64,000 bases of DNA, from assembly GCA_964187785.1 (NCBI GenBank), contig OZ076409.1, positions 16,866,001 to 16,930,000 of the forward strand. The letters run 5' to 3'. The stretch comes from Amphiscolops sp. MND2022 (taxonomy: Eukaryota). The stretch's first letter is position 1, and each line of letters starts with the position of its first letter. Below are positions 49,615 through 61,900 of the stretch, in pieces. The notes below the pieces were generated by a model. The model was given only the letters and a program-made list of their open reading frames with translations. It had not been told where the DNA came from and searched no databases. Both the position numbers and the translations under genes were made by a program.

Positions 49615-50705
49615 TACTTCTTGTCAATATTTCTGAGCAAGTTGGAATAATATAGAAGCCGTAATTGTGGTTTTTGTTTAAGACCTATTCATCGACCTTC
49701 TTTAGCTAATTTTGATTGGTTACTCCAGGCCCTTTGCTTGCTTATTTAATTCTCGCAGCAGCTATGCAGCGCTTTCATTGCGATGAAGTGAACGAGTGTT
49801 GATTGTTTGTACTCTGAGTTCGTTGAGATGAAGCGAAGGAGTGTTAAATATTCGTTCACCGAAAGCTTCGCCTGCTTTGAAAAACGGATGTGAAACGTCG
49901 TATACGCTTATTAGTTGTTTGCTTTAATCCGAGAAGGATTAAAGGCGGTGTAAAGTGGTGTAATGAATAATTGTGCGCTATATAATGAATTAACAGGAGT
50001 GTAAAGTTATTCCAGATTGTTTTCAATATTGAACTTTGAAGTTAATGGGTATTGTAGTCTAAAGCAGAAACATTACTGTGCTCCGCAGTGACTTTTAGGG
50101 AATTCCCCTGACTTTGATTAAATGACAAGACACCCGCCGCTAAGCACGGGTATAGTTTATGGCCTGAACTTTTTAGCAACTGGTGTGAACATTATCAGGA
50201 GGTGTTCTTCCGTCGTGTAGCACTGCTTATTTTCCGGAAATTTCATACTTTTTTATCATTTTTGTTGTCATTACAAACATCATGCACTTTTCAGAGTTTT
50301 ATGTTGGGAGGAGATATAAACATTGTGGGACTTTTTTTCGAATTTTTTTCCACCAAAGGGTCCCCCTTCAATTTGTTTTGGAGTTTTGCGACCGAATGGA
50401 TGTTGAAAAATCCCAAAGGGTGGGTCCCCCTTTCACTTTTTTTCGACATTGTGGGACTTTCGAAAATTTTTCGATGTCTTCAAAGTGTCCCCCCTTTCAT
50501 TTTTTTGATATTTTGCAACAGAAATGATGTTTAAAAAATCCGAAAGGGTATCCCGGCGCGCCAATTCGGTCCAACTTTTGGGTTTTTCGGGTACTTTAAA
50601 AGAGAAAATACTTGACACTTTGAAGTCCTTTTGCTATTTTTGAGCTCTAGGTATAGCGCCGACTTATGCCGTTCCCGGCTTGTTTAAATACTACCATAGC
50701 TTATA

Positions 50706-50873
50706 CAGTCGAACTCGGATAAAAGAACATTCGGATATAGGAAACGTTTTCACTCCTCCGATTTTATGCAAGTCAAATTTTCTACGTTAATAGGACAACT
50801 GATAAAAGAAACTATGCATAAAAGAAACCCTTTTCTCATCGCCCAATGAGTTTCTTTTATCCGAGTTTGACTG
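50706..50873. mobile_element. Tc1/mariner(pogo)-type MITE, duplicated copy
   Basis: Same as 49447-49614, copied by the tandem duplication. Confidence 0.9.
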
Positions 50874-51555
50874 TACTTGTTCTTGTCAATATTTCTGAGC
50901 AAGTTGGAATAATATAGAAGCCGTAATTGTGGTTTTTGTTTAAGACCTATTCATCGACCTTCTTTAGCCAATTTTGATTGGTTACTCCAGGCCCTTTGCT
51001 TGCTTATTTAATTCTCGCAGCAGCTATGCAGCGCTTTCATTGCGATGAAGTGAACGAGTGTTGATTGTTTGTACTCTGAGTTCGTTGAGATGAAGCGAAG
51101 GAGTGTTAAATATTCGTTCACCGAAAGCTTCGCCTGCTTTGAAAAACGGATGTGAAACGTCGTATACGCTTATTAGTTGTTTGCTTTAATCCGAGAAGGA
51201 TTAAAGGCGGTGTAAAGTGGTGTAATGAATAATTGTGCGCTATATAATGAATTAACAGGAGTGTAAAGTTATTCCAGATTGTTTTCAATATTGAACTTTG
51301 AAGTTAATGGGTATTGTAGTCTAAAGCAGAAACATTACTGTGCTCCGCAGTGACTTTTAGGGAATTCCCCTGACTTTGATTAAATGACAAGACACCCGCC
51401 GCTAAGCACGGGTATAGTTTATGGCCTGAACTTTTTAGCAACTGGTGTGAACATTATCAGGAGGTGTTCTTCCGTCGTGTAGCACTGCTTATTTTCCGGA
51501 AATTTCATACTTTTTATCATTTTTGTTGTCATTACAAACATCATGCACTTTTCAG

Positions 51556-52952
51556 AGTTTTATGTTGGGAGGAGATATAAACTTTAATGTTACACATTCG
51601 GAAGCTCGACCTTTAGACTCGACCAGTTTGATCCCAGAGAAACAATCTAATTTAGTTTTTGTAGATGAGTCCCGAAGTAGCACCTCTGCCATCAAATCCC
51701 TCAACTTGCTTCTCTCCACTAACAAATACGTCATCGAGTCTGGATTGGGCGAGCCTGCCAATCAAATTTCTTTCTTTCCGCGCCCCATGAAAGAGACAGA
51801 TATCGCTAAAGAGTTCGAAACCTTCCTGGGAAAGTTGATGAAAACAGAGTCGACGCCAGTGCAGAATGAATTGTTGTCCAAAATTTGCTACCCTTGTTTT
51901 TGCCATGTTTTCATTTCTCATCCGTGTCAAGTAACAGCCAACAAATTTTTCGCTGAACATTTTGAAGTTTTGAGGAACAAAAGACACGCATGTTCAGTCT
52001 GTGATGAAGTTTTTGACTGGAAAACGAGAAGTCTCGAAACTGATCAGAACGAGCTTGAGTTACCTCTTGAGAAAGTCGAGTTGCTTCGAAATGTGAGTTT
52101 GAAGCGAACCTTGTCTGAAGAAGCGTATAGACAACTTCAAGCTATACTTAAAATGAACCAATCACAGTTGTTGTCAATATCAAACCTGATACATCAGAAA
52201 ATTCATATCCAAGTCATACAGGATCCCTGTGACCAGACTAAACCAATGGAAACTACCTCATCTGTCAATTGTTCCGACAAAAATCACAACTTTTCATCGA
52301 CACGTGAAGGATCAGAGTCAAATCTAACGGATAAATGTTTGAATAATAATGTAGAAATAAAACACGAAAGTAACGATTCGGCGATGAAGAAAGAGAAGCA
52401 AGATGTTACAGCCGTGGAAACGTCTCTTCGGGATTCTTCAGTTTTTCACCCAAACGTAATTTTCCATAACTTGAAATGCGATTTCACAAATCTCCTGTGC
52501 GCGGATATCGCCATGAACCACATTGCTATAGGTTGTCTCGATAAATCTGTAAGAATCATGGATCTTCACCAATCGAAAATGGCATCTTCCTTATTGTCGC
52601 TGATAAAAAACGATGTTTCTTATTCCAAGCACAGGTCATCTGACATCGAAATACAATTCACTGAAAAATTCGAGAACTCTTTACAATGTTACAAGGGTCA
52701 TGACAAAGGAGTTACTTGTGTGCAGTTTCCTAAATCTTGGCCATACGTCTTATCCGGTAGTTTTGACGCTACTTGTCGACTGTGGAATACAGTGACTAAA
52801 GAATGTGCTGTGAAATACCATGGCCATAATTACGCAATTCATGATATCTCAATTTCCAATGATGACTCATTTTTTGTATCTGCCGGACGTGACTCAACGT
52901 GTCGAATGTGGACTTTTGACCAACCCAAAGAACCTTTGCGCGTGCTATGCAG
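51556..52952 (+). CDS. TAF5L: TAF5/TAF5L-like protein (NTD2 + WD40), large exon
   Basis: NTD2-like ELLSKICYPCFCHVF..ANKFF..LSEEAYRQL..IHIQV; WD40s GHDKGV..LSGSFDATCRLW, YHGH..FVSAGRDSTCRMW..PLRV; acceptor TTTTCAG, donor GTAAT; TAF5 versus TAF5L not certain. Confidence 0.75.
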
Positions 52953-53439
52953 GTAATATTGTGTTTCTATGACAACAATTGTCTGATCAATTGCCAGTCT
53001 TTTTTGATCAAATTGTCTTGCCACTTAAAGAAGTTCGATCCTATTTTTGACGAATTTTTTTTGCCTGGAAATGTCTGCGTGTAAAAATTTAGACACCTTC
53101 GTTAGTATGTCCAGAAGCTGAAACTTCACAAATGTTTTGTCCTTCGAAACTTTGTCAAGCTTATTTCTGTTTCCGAATGCATCGCCCTTTGGCTACGAAA
53201 ATCAACGTTAAGAACGATTCATAATATCGAAAGCTCCTTCTCGTGGTCTTTTCAAAAAGTTTTCTTCTTGGTGAAATGGAGCAGTTGAATTGATTTGACC
53301 ACAATCTTCTACCGAAGCGTTCCTTATCTGTTCATTTGTTCGATTGATAACTTGCACTCTTGTAGGACACAGAGTCTCACACTAAATTTGGGTTCTTTTC
53401 TGTCCCCTTAAATGAAGCCCGTAATTGTAAGAAGACAAA

Positions 53440-55390
53440 GACCGAAATAAGCAGTTTACGATCCTCATTCGGTGGCCTCGTAACTGACCAAACAAAAATA
53501 GCTAATTTACTCAATTATAGATAGTTTTCAAAACTAGGCGACTATTTAGGAAAACAAAAACCCTACACTGAAAGCTCACATGAATCGAAAACTAGCGCAC
53601 CTTTCACGTTTCATCCTATTAGTCTATATGAATGCAAGAGACATCTAAAAACTTTGAATAAAAACAAACCCATAGGGCCATCCAATATACGCGCATGGGC
53701 GTTGAAAGACTGCTTAAACATCATTACTGAATTACTATGTTTTTTAATTAATGCATTCATTGAAGAATCAAAGTTCCCGAATCACCTGAAATCAGCATTT
53801 GTAATCCCTATTTTTGTAAAAGGTGACAGCGAAAATCCCATTAACTACAGGCCTATCTCTATCACTCCCGCATTAGCGAAATTATTCGAAAAAGTACTAC
53901 ACGAACAAATATCTGAATATCTTTCGCAGCATAAACTGCTGAGCAATACACAATATGGTTTCTGCAGGAAATTTTCAACTACAGACGCACTCTTCTATGC
54001 CACAGAAAACATACGAAAGAAAGTTAACGACAAAGAAGTTGTTTCCGCTGCGTTCCTAAATCTTCCAAAAGCTTTTGATTCAATCTCACACGACATCCTT
54101 CTCGAAAAATTGAAAACACTAAATTTTGATAGCAACGCAGTATCAATGATAAACTGTTTCCTCAGATACAGAAACCAAAAAGTGATACTTCCTAGTTGCA
54201 CCTCTGATTGGATCCAATTATATCCAGGTGTTCCACAGGGTACAGTTTTAGGGCCTCTTCTCTTCAACATTTACGTGAACAGTTTATATACTTCTATTGA
54301 TCACAAATGCACCGTTGTGCAATACGCGGATGATACCATGGTCTTTACCTCAAGTAAAAAATTGAATCAGCAGTTGAATCACTGGAACTGAACGTTAACA
54401 ATGTTTGTGCTTTTTTGAAAAGCATCAATTGACATTGAACGCAGACAAAACCGAATTTATCACCTTCCAAACCACAAACAAAAACAATAAATACAAAAAT
54501 ACCAACTTGATTGTTGAAGATGAAATCATTCGTTCAATTAGCACCATCAAATGTTTGGGTGTCTACCTGGACCAAAATCTAACATTTCAAGAAGTTAAGC
54601 ATATACTCCGGAAAATGGCATGGAGATCAAAACTCTCTATTCCATCAGAGACTATTTTCCTGAAAAAGTTCGTTTACTGCTATTGAATGCCCTCGTAATC
54701 AGTCATCTCCACTACCCGCCAATTTTGTTGAATGGCTTAACTGAAAATCTCAATACGAATTGGGGAATAAAAGTGTGTTTTAATCGAACAAAGTGCGATC
54801 GATCATCAGATCTTAAGATCAAACACAACATCCTACCGATCCGATATTTCCTTAAAAACACAAAATCATTATCATACTTTTGAAAATGGAAAAACAACCT
54901 AATCCCGGCGTTCCGAGACTCACAACTGGAGACTGGCAAAATACGGAAACAATCCAGAACTGAGACTCTTTACTTCAATATCTTTTGTAGATCTGATTTT
55001 CTGAGAAACATTTTTTTCAAGAAAACTGTACCCTCGTGGAACACCTTGCCAGAAATTATACGCAAAAAAGTGCCTTTCCGCTACTGCCAAAATCAAAATT
55101 AAAAACTATCTCACAAAAATGAAAGCCGGAATCAACTTTCCTGAATATGGAAAAAAATGTTGGAGCAACTACCGATTTAAATAGCGTTCATCGCCTCTAT
55201 AGTTTTTCCTCTTGTCTAATACTTTTTAAACTTGCATCAATTTTAATTACACTGTTCCTTTTATGAAGTTACAATACTTCGTTTTATTATGTGAACTTTT
55301 AAAAGGTATAATACAGTGTTTTTTTATACAACCAAAATTTTTTGAAAGCAAATTTCCTTAAAAATTTAGTCTAGTCTAATAAAATGTAAA
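53440..55390 (+). mobile_element. 5'-truncated CR1/L2-group LINE (RT), intronic
   Basis: NYRPISI, QYGF..STTDAL, KAFDSISH, GVPQGTVLGPLLF, YADDT, LNADKTE. Confidence 0.9.
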
Positions 55391-55647
55391 ACCTTCTTTT
55401 ATAACAGGAAGATAACGTCTAATTGAATAGTTTTTTGTTTGAACAAAACACGTGTCACACGTTTTGACTATAATTATGTTTGCATTCACTGTTTGTTGTG
55501 ACTCAAAACAGGAAGCTGTTGATTTCTCAACAATAGTGGAAACAAAGTTTGTATCAAATCTAAACTGTCAAATAATATTGGAATTAATATTTTCACTAAT
55601 TTTCGAGAAAAAAAATGGTGGTGAGGATCAGAAAATAGCCTAATATC

Positions 55648-57978
55648 TAGAGATTTGACGCTAATAGCTCCGCTTTAGCGTTAGCGAGGGATTACATTAG
55701 CGGAAATTAGTTGGCGTAATACATATTCTTTAGCGACCGCTTAGCGATGACCTTTTCCTATTGGTCACTTTTCTTTATTTCCTCTAGTCCGAGATGAATT
55801 AAAGGCGGTGTAAACTGGCAGAGCGATCAATTGTGCGCTATATAAATGATTGATATATGCTTCTATTATTGAACATGAAAGCCTAAAATGACCTATTAGC
55901 GACCGCTTAGCGATGGCGTTTTTCTATTGGTCATTTTTCTAAAACAACGCTTTATTCTGCGTCAAACATTACATATGCAGTCGTTGCCAGCGCAATATAG
56001 AATTGATGCAATCAAATATAAACTATTGCAATTTGAATATCAAAGCGTTATTCATTTACAAATTTGTTGCACTCCGATTATGAAAGTTGCACTTCAAATA
56101 TCAATTTTCGTTCAAATAGAAAACTGTACCGTTTTAAATTTGAAAATTGCGCGCTAAATACAAATTAGGGCCGACCAATTACAGATTTGTTGCATTTCAA
56201 GACAAAACTATATCAAACCAACATTAAATTATTAGAAGGAACTTGATAATTACGAAATACGTTTATACATATAAAACATACAATTCATTTAGTTTAGCGG
56301 CAATTCTTCACCGGCAAGAACCATCATCACTTTTGTTTTCATCCGCTCATAAATGTTGCTAATTGATTCCTCCTTGATTTCAATTGCCGCTCATGTATAG
56401 CTCTATCTAGTTCAAGCGGAGATGTTGGATTTTTAGCTCTAACTCGGCCTTTCCAACATGCAAAAACATGTTCTATTGGATTGAGAGCTGGCGAATAACG
56501 TGGTAGAAATCTCAATTGCGCTCCAAACTCGTTTGCAATCTCTCTAGCACCCGCATTATGATGAAATGCTACGTTGTCCGCGATAAGAGTAAGAGAGAAT
56601 GATATCATCATAAAGTTCAGAATTACAAGGTCCATTCAGAACATCATAAACATAAATGCTCTCACGTGTAACAGCAGAAAGAATTGTAAAACTTTTCCCA
56701 CGCAATGTTGGTGTTCGAGTAATTGCTGGTTTGCCTCGGCGACTGCGTCCGTATAGTCTGCGCATGTTAACATTTAATCCCGTTTCATCCACAGAAAACA
56801 AAAGATTTCCATCGAGATGCGGCCTTATAGATCGGCAATAGGTTAGTCGTTCCGTTGATAATTCTTCCATAGGTGGTCCATACACCCGATGCACCCGTTT
56901 AAACGTAATAAAATTTTGCCAATTAGAGCTCGAGATAGTGTAGAGTTTGTAAATGTACGACCAGGAAATTGATTATTCCCAAGTAAACAAAGTTCTTTAA
57001 GCGATCGGGTGCAATCCTTGTGCAATGCATCGTGAAAGAATTGCAGATGCTCTTCATTAATTGAGGAGCGACGATTACTACCACCACGTGGCAAAATAGT
57101 CTGGCGACCTCTTCGTATAATTGCATACACAGTGGAATACTTCAAATTTACCATTTGGCATATTTCCTTTACTGAACGGCCTTTAATGTGGTTGTTCATT
57201 ATCAAGGCACGCACATCGTTACCAACTTTACCATAACTGCCGCGCCTCGGTGGGCGCAACTCCTCGACGGGGATTTCAGAATGTTCCCCTTGTCCTTCGT
57301 CCATGTGAGTATATTCATCGGAAAACTCGTTTGAATAACCATCCGAATTGTCGAGGTAACTGTTTTGTTGAGTTTCTTGTTGTATCCGATCCAAACTTGG
57401 AGGTTCTAGCTCTATCAAGAGACGCGCATTTTGAATATCCATTAGGTTAAAAGTTGCTCACATTAGTTTAAAAGTTTAACTGTAACTGCAAAGCAAATTG
57501 TCAAAACCAAAACTCTGAAACGGAAACGGATGTTTCTGAAAAGTTTGCATATTTGGCTGCAACTGTTTTGTTTTGTATTGGTTATGTTCAAATTTGAAAT
57601 GCAATGTTAACATTCGATGTGCAACTACGTTATATTTAAACGGCAAATTGATATTTGAAGTGCAACTTTTATAATAGGAATGCAACAAATTGGTACATGA
57701 ATAACGGTTTGATATTTAAAATGCAATAGTTTATATTTGATTGCATCAGTTCTATATTGCGCTGAGAACGACTGTAATGTCCAAAACGATGTCGACTTTC
57801 TAGTGAAATTTTATCAAAATATCTCATTATTAAATATAATGTAAAGTAAAGTTTTAACTATGGGTTTTAATTAGCGTTAGCGATTAGCGACTGTCAATTA
57901 GCGAAGTTAGCGATTAGCGATATGTAATTAGCGTTAGTTAGCGATTTGCGAAATAAAAATTAGCGAGTCAAATCTCTG
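55648..57978. mobile_element. hAT-type MITE with TTAGCG subterminal repeats, split by a Tc1 element
   Basis: TIR (T/C)AGAGATTTGAC; 8-bp TSD CTAATATC / CTAATAAC. Confidence 0.85.
55978..57774 (-). mobile_element. IS630/Tc1-superfamily DD34E transposon, full length but frameshifted
   Basis: ~140-bp imperfect TIRs starting CAGTCGTT; TA on the right flank; HTH, FSVDETG, IADNVAFH-x-LPRYSPALNPIE (34 residues between D and E). Confidence 0.92.
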
Positions 57979-58017
57979 CTAATAACTACTGATAACCAAG
58001 ATCTTTGTGCTGTGCAG

Positions 58018-58202
58018 ACACGATGATTCAGTGAACTCAGTGGACTTTCACCCCAACGGAAGGTTCTTGCTTTCTGGGGGCAACGACACCGTGGCCATCA
58101 TGTGGGATCTGAACAAGGCCCAACACGTGAGACTCTTCTCGGAACAAGATACACAGGTGTGCGCAGTCAAGTTCGCCCCCAACGGACTCTATTGCGCAGT
58201 TG
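58018..58202 (+). CDS. TAF5L: TAF5/TAF5L-like protein, next exon (WD40)
   Basis: In phase: HDDSVNSVDFHPNGRFLLSGGND..WD..VRLF..VKFAPNG; the gene must continue beyond the BEL insertion. Confidence 0.75.
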
Positions 58203-58518
58203 GTTCGTATTTCATCAGAAACTTCACACTCCTTTCACTGATGATTCGAGAAAGTCATAAGCAGAACATGGTGAACTCAACAAGCCGGCGGCAACAGCTC
58301 AAGTCGGCGCCCCGCTTAAAGCTCAAAAAGCGCAAAAGTTCTTCTATCAGTGATGAAAAATCCCAAAACGGGATCATTTGGGCCTAAAAAGGCTTTTTTG
58401 TAACTAGAAATATCCAAAAAGAACCACAGGGGGATCCCGTTGGAAAATGAAAATTTGTTCAAGGAAAGTCGCACAGTGCCGAAACTAATCCTCAAATTCT
58501 ATTTTGATCTGAATAATA

Positions 58519-58863
58519 TGTCAAGATATGAAAAGGAGGAGCTTTTCAATTAATTTGGCAATTTGTAGAATTTTTATGGCCTCTTTGGCCGGATTGAGAA
58601 AAAATACGACGACGAGCTGTTTCGAAACGTCAAACGTATCGAAAAGATTATCCTGTTTGATAATTTCAATTCTTTCGGTAACATAAATTTTCAATAACAG
58701 AAACTTTGAATAACAGTAGTCTTTAGTCAATTCGAAATAACAACACAAAGAAAGCTCATTAACAGTTTCAGTTCTTCAGTTCAACGTCTTTCAATCGAAG
58801 CGTGAAAAGTTTGAACAAGTTCTAGTTCAGTTTCCTGTTTCGTTTTGGAAAGAATTCTCAACA
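58519..58863 (-). mobile_element. 3' LTR of the BEL/Pao element
   Basis: TGTTGAGA...TCTTGACA termini on the minus strand, directly preceded by polypurine GGGAGGA, ~130 bp after the pol stop. Confidence 0.75.
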
Positions 58864-58993
58864 TCCTCCCGACGACGCAATGAGATGCAATGAGAGAGGT
58901 GTTTCGAAAGTAGAGATGAAAATGTACCGTACCACAATTGATTTCACCTTTGAGACAAATGGTAATGAAATAGATTCAATCCTAACTTTGTTT

Positions 58994-61900
58994 TCATTTA
59001 TAAACTTCGAGAGGTGAAATCAATTGAATCGGTCTGCGAAAAGTCTTTCCAGCAGAGACCACTTCTGCAGCTCGGGCTTGACCATCACGCCCAAATAACA
59101 AGTTGGAAATTTTTCCAATTCGCCAGCAATGTCGAGGTCGTTTTTCATGTAGCAAAACAATATCGTTCACTTTGGGGTTCAAATTGTCGTTGCTGATATT
59201 AGTATGATGCTGGCGTAACTCAATAAGATAATCCCGTGACCAAATTGTCCAAAAATAGTCCACCAAGGATTTTAAAAACTGCTGACGTCTGTTAATATTC
59301 TGCGCCGCTTCAACTGGTATCGATACTGCTGATCCCAATAGTCCCCTCCCATTAACCAAGTGCGCTGGAGTGAGCGGTAAACAATCTGATGGGCTGTCCA
59401 AGTACAAGTAACCCAGAGGTCTGCAATTAACAACCGCCTCAACTTCTGTAACCGTCGTGACTAACTCGTCATACCCAATGACTTGACGACCCAATACTTT
59501 TCGAAGAGGTTCCTTCACCGACCGGACTAAGCGTTCCCAGAACCCTCCCCACCATGGAGCAAGTTCCACGCTAAATTTCCATTTCACGCCAGGGTGTGCG
59601 AACTCCTGACACAAGAAAGACACAATTTCTTTCACCTCCTCACTGGCTCCTTTGAATGTTCTTCCGTTGTCTGAGAAGATTACCGTAGGAGTACCTCTCC
59701 TTGCTACAAATCGTTTGAAAGCCCTCATGAAACTTGGTACTGACAAGGTTTGCGTCACCTCAAGGTGAACTGCTCGCGATGATGCGCACGTGATCAAGCA
59801 AATGTAGGCCTTGTTGCTTCCCACGTCCGAATCGAAATACTTTAGGTACAAAGGACCCGCGAAGTCTATTCCAATGTACGTAAAAGCCGGAGAAGTAGAC
59901 AACCTCTCCGCTGGTAAGTTCGCTTCGTCAGGAACCTTGTATCCTACCTTCGCATATCGCTTGCAAAATTGACATGATTGCAGAACACGTCGAACCTGCT
60001 GCCGTGCCCGAATAACCCAAAACCGTTCTCTGAGTGCAGCGACCGTGCACCGCTCCGATCCATGCTTCACTAATTCATGATACTTTTGTATGATCAAATC
60101 AGACAAGTGATTACTCGCCGGTAAAAGTATCGGATTTTTCGCATCGTATGAGAGGAACTTTGCCTCATGAAGCCTTGTGTTGCACCGTATCAGCCCATCG
60201 CCACTTAAGAACAACCTTAGTTCCTTGATTCTTGAAAGCTCCTTCCCCTTAAACGTTTTCAAGTGGGATAACTCTTGTGCAAAGTGCAACTGTTGTAGCG
60301 ACGCTAGTATTCTCTTTTCAGCCTCCCAAAATCGTTGCCTGAATCTCATTTTTCTCGAAAGTTCCGCTAAATGGAGAAGTTGTTCTACCACCTTCACCAG
60401 TTTACTGTATCTACTATACCGTCTACAGTCTACCACCATCAAAACACCTGTCATTTTCTCCGTTTCGATGTTTGTTGCTACTGCTGTCACCTTGAGTTGT
60501 TCCCCTGCCTTATCCAAAGGCCATTGTTCTTTTCCTCTTCTTAAAAACTGTGGACCTTGCCACCACAGTCGACTGTTCTTAAGCTCTTTTATCCGCATTC
60601 CTCTTGAAGGAATGTCAGCTGGGTTACTATCCGATGGCACGTAATGCCACGATGCTGTGTTCGAAAGTAACCTTATTTCCTTCAGCCTACGCTGAACGAA
60701 TTGACCTGTGTGAGGCATATGACTTCTGATCCACGAAAGAACTATTACCGAATCAGACCACCAATGTGTCGCCCCGACCACGTCGCCTAAAGCGCTGCCT
60801 ATACTCTTGCCTAGCCTTGCTGCCAAAAGAGCCGCCACTAGCTCTAGTCTGGGTATCTTCTCTACCTCCTTCAATCCGCAAACCTTGGTTTTGGATGCAA
60901 TCAGAAACACTGATGTCTGACCGTTCGTTTCTGTCTGACCGTAACACGCCACAGCGCATGCTTTCTTGGAAGCGTCCGCGAAAACATGCAAATTGATTTT
61001 GTATCTGCCTTTCATCTGAACGAATTGCCTATGAATTGTCAACCTTTCTTGTCGCCATTCCTGAAAGATTTCCTTGAACCCTTTTGCCTGTGTTTCAGGT
61101 AAAATATCGTCCCAACCAAAAGCTTTTCGCCAAAGTTCCTGCACCAAAATCTTTAGCTCTACAACCACTGGTGAAACTAACCCAAAGGGATCGTAAACAC
61201 CGGAAACAACACTCAAAATTGTCCTTTTCGTGAGATTTTTGCAGTCCTTCAATTTGTCGACAAACTTCGAAAAATCTATAATAAGCATGTCCTCAACTGC
61301 TGAGTAAGATATCCCCAGCACCTTAACTTCCTCTTGGTTCTCAAACGAGTCCTGCAACAATTCCTTTTCAGCCAGTCTGTTGTAAACCCCTGAGCTGTTG
61401 GTTACCCATTTTCGCAAGCTCATCCCTGCATCCTTCATAACGTTCACAGATATGGACACCAACTTTTCAGCTTCGTTGTCTGAAGGTACACTCAATGTCA
61501 AATCGTCGACATAAAAACTTTCCAGAAGTCTTTTCAAACCACAGCGGTCCTCCTCTGTAACTGCTTGCTCCAACCATCTTTTCAAATGCACCCTGATTGT
61601 AGCATTCAAGAGGAATGGACTACAGACAAACCCAAAAACCACCCTCAAATATCTAAAAACTCTTACATTTCTTGTTGACTGGAGTGCATCATCATACCAG
61701 AGAATCCTCAAAGAATCTATGTCATCCTGATCAATGCACACTTGTAGGAACGCTTTTTCAATATCCGCTAACACTGTAACCTGGAATAACCGAAACCGCA
61801 AGAGAATCTCGAACAATGAAACCAGCAAATTCGGTCCTTTGGACAGACAATCGTTAATTGAATAGTCAAACTTCGCCGATCTGGCTGCACCATCTAAAAC

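Larger units (their letters stand above)
49062..51581. repeat. ~1.26-kb head-to-tail tandem duplication
   Basis: 49062-50320 nearly identical to 50321-51581 (one 3-bp indel and a SNP seen); includes the start of the TAF5L-like exon. Confidence 0.95.
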
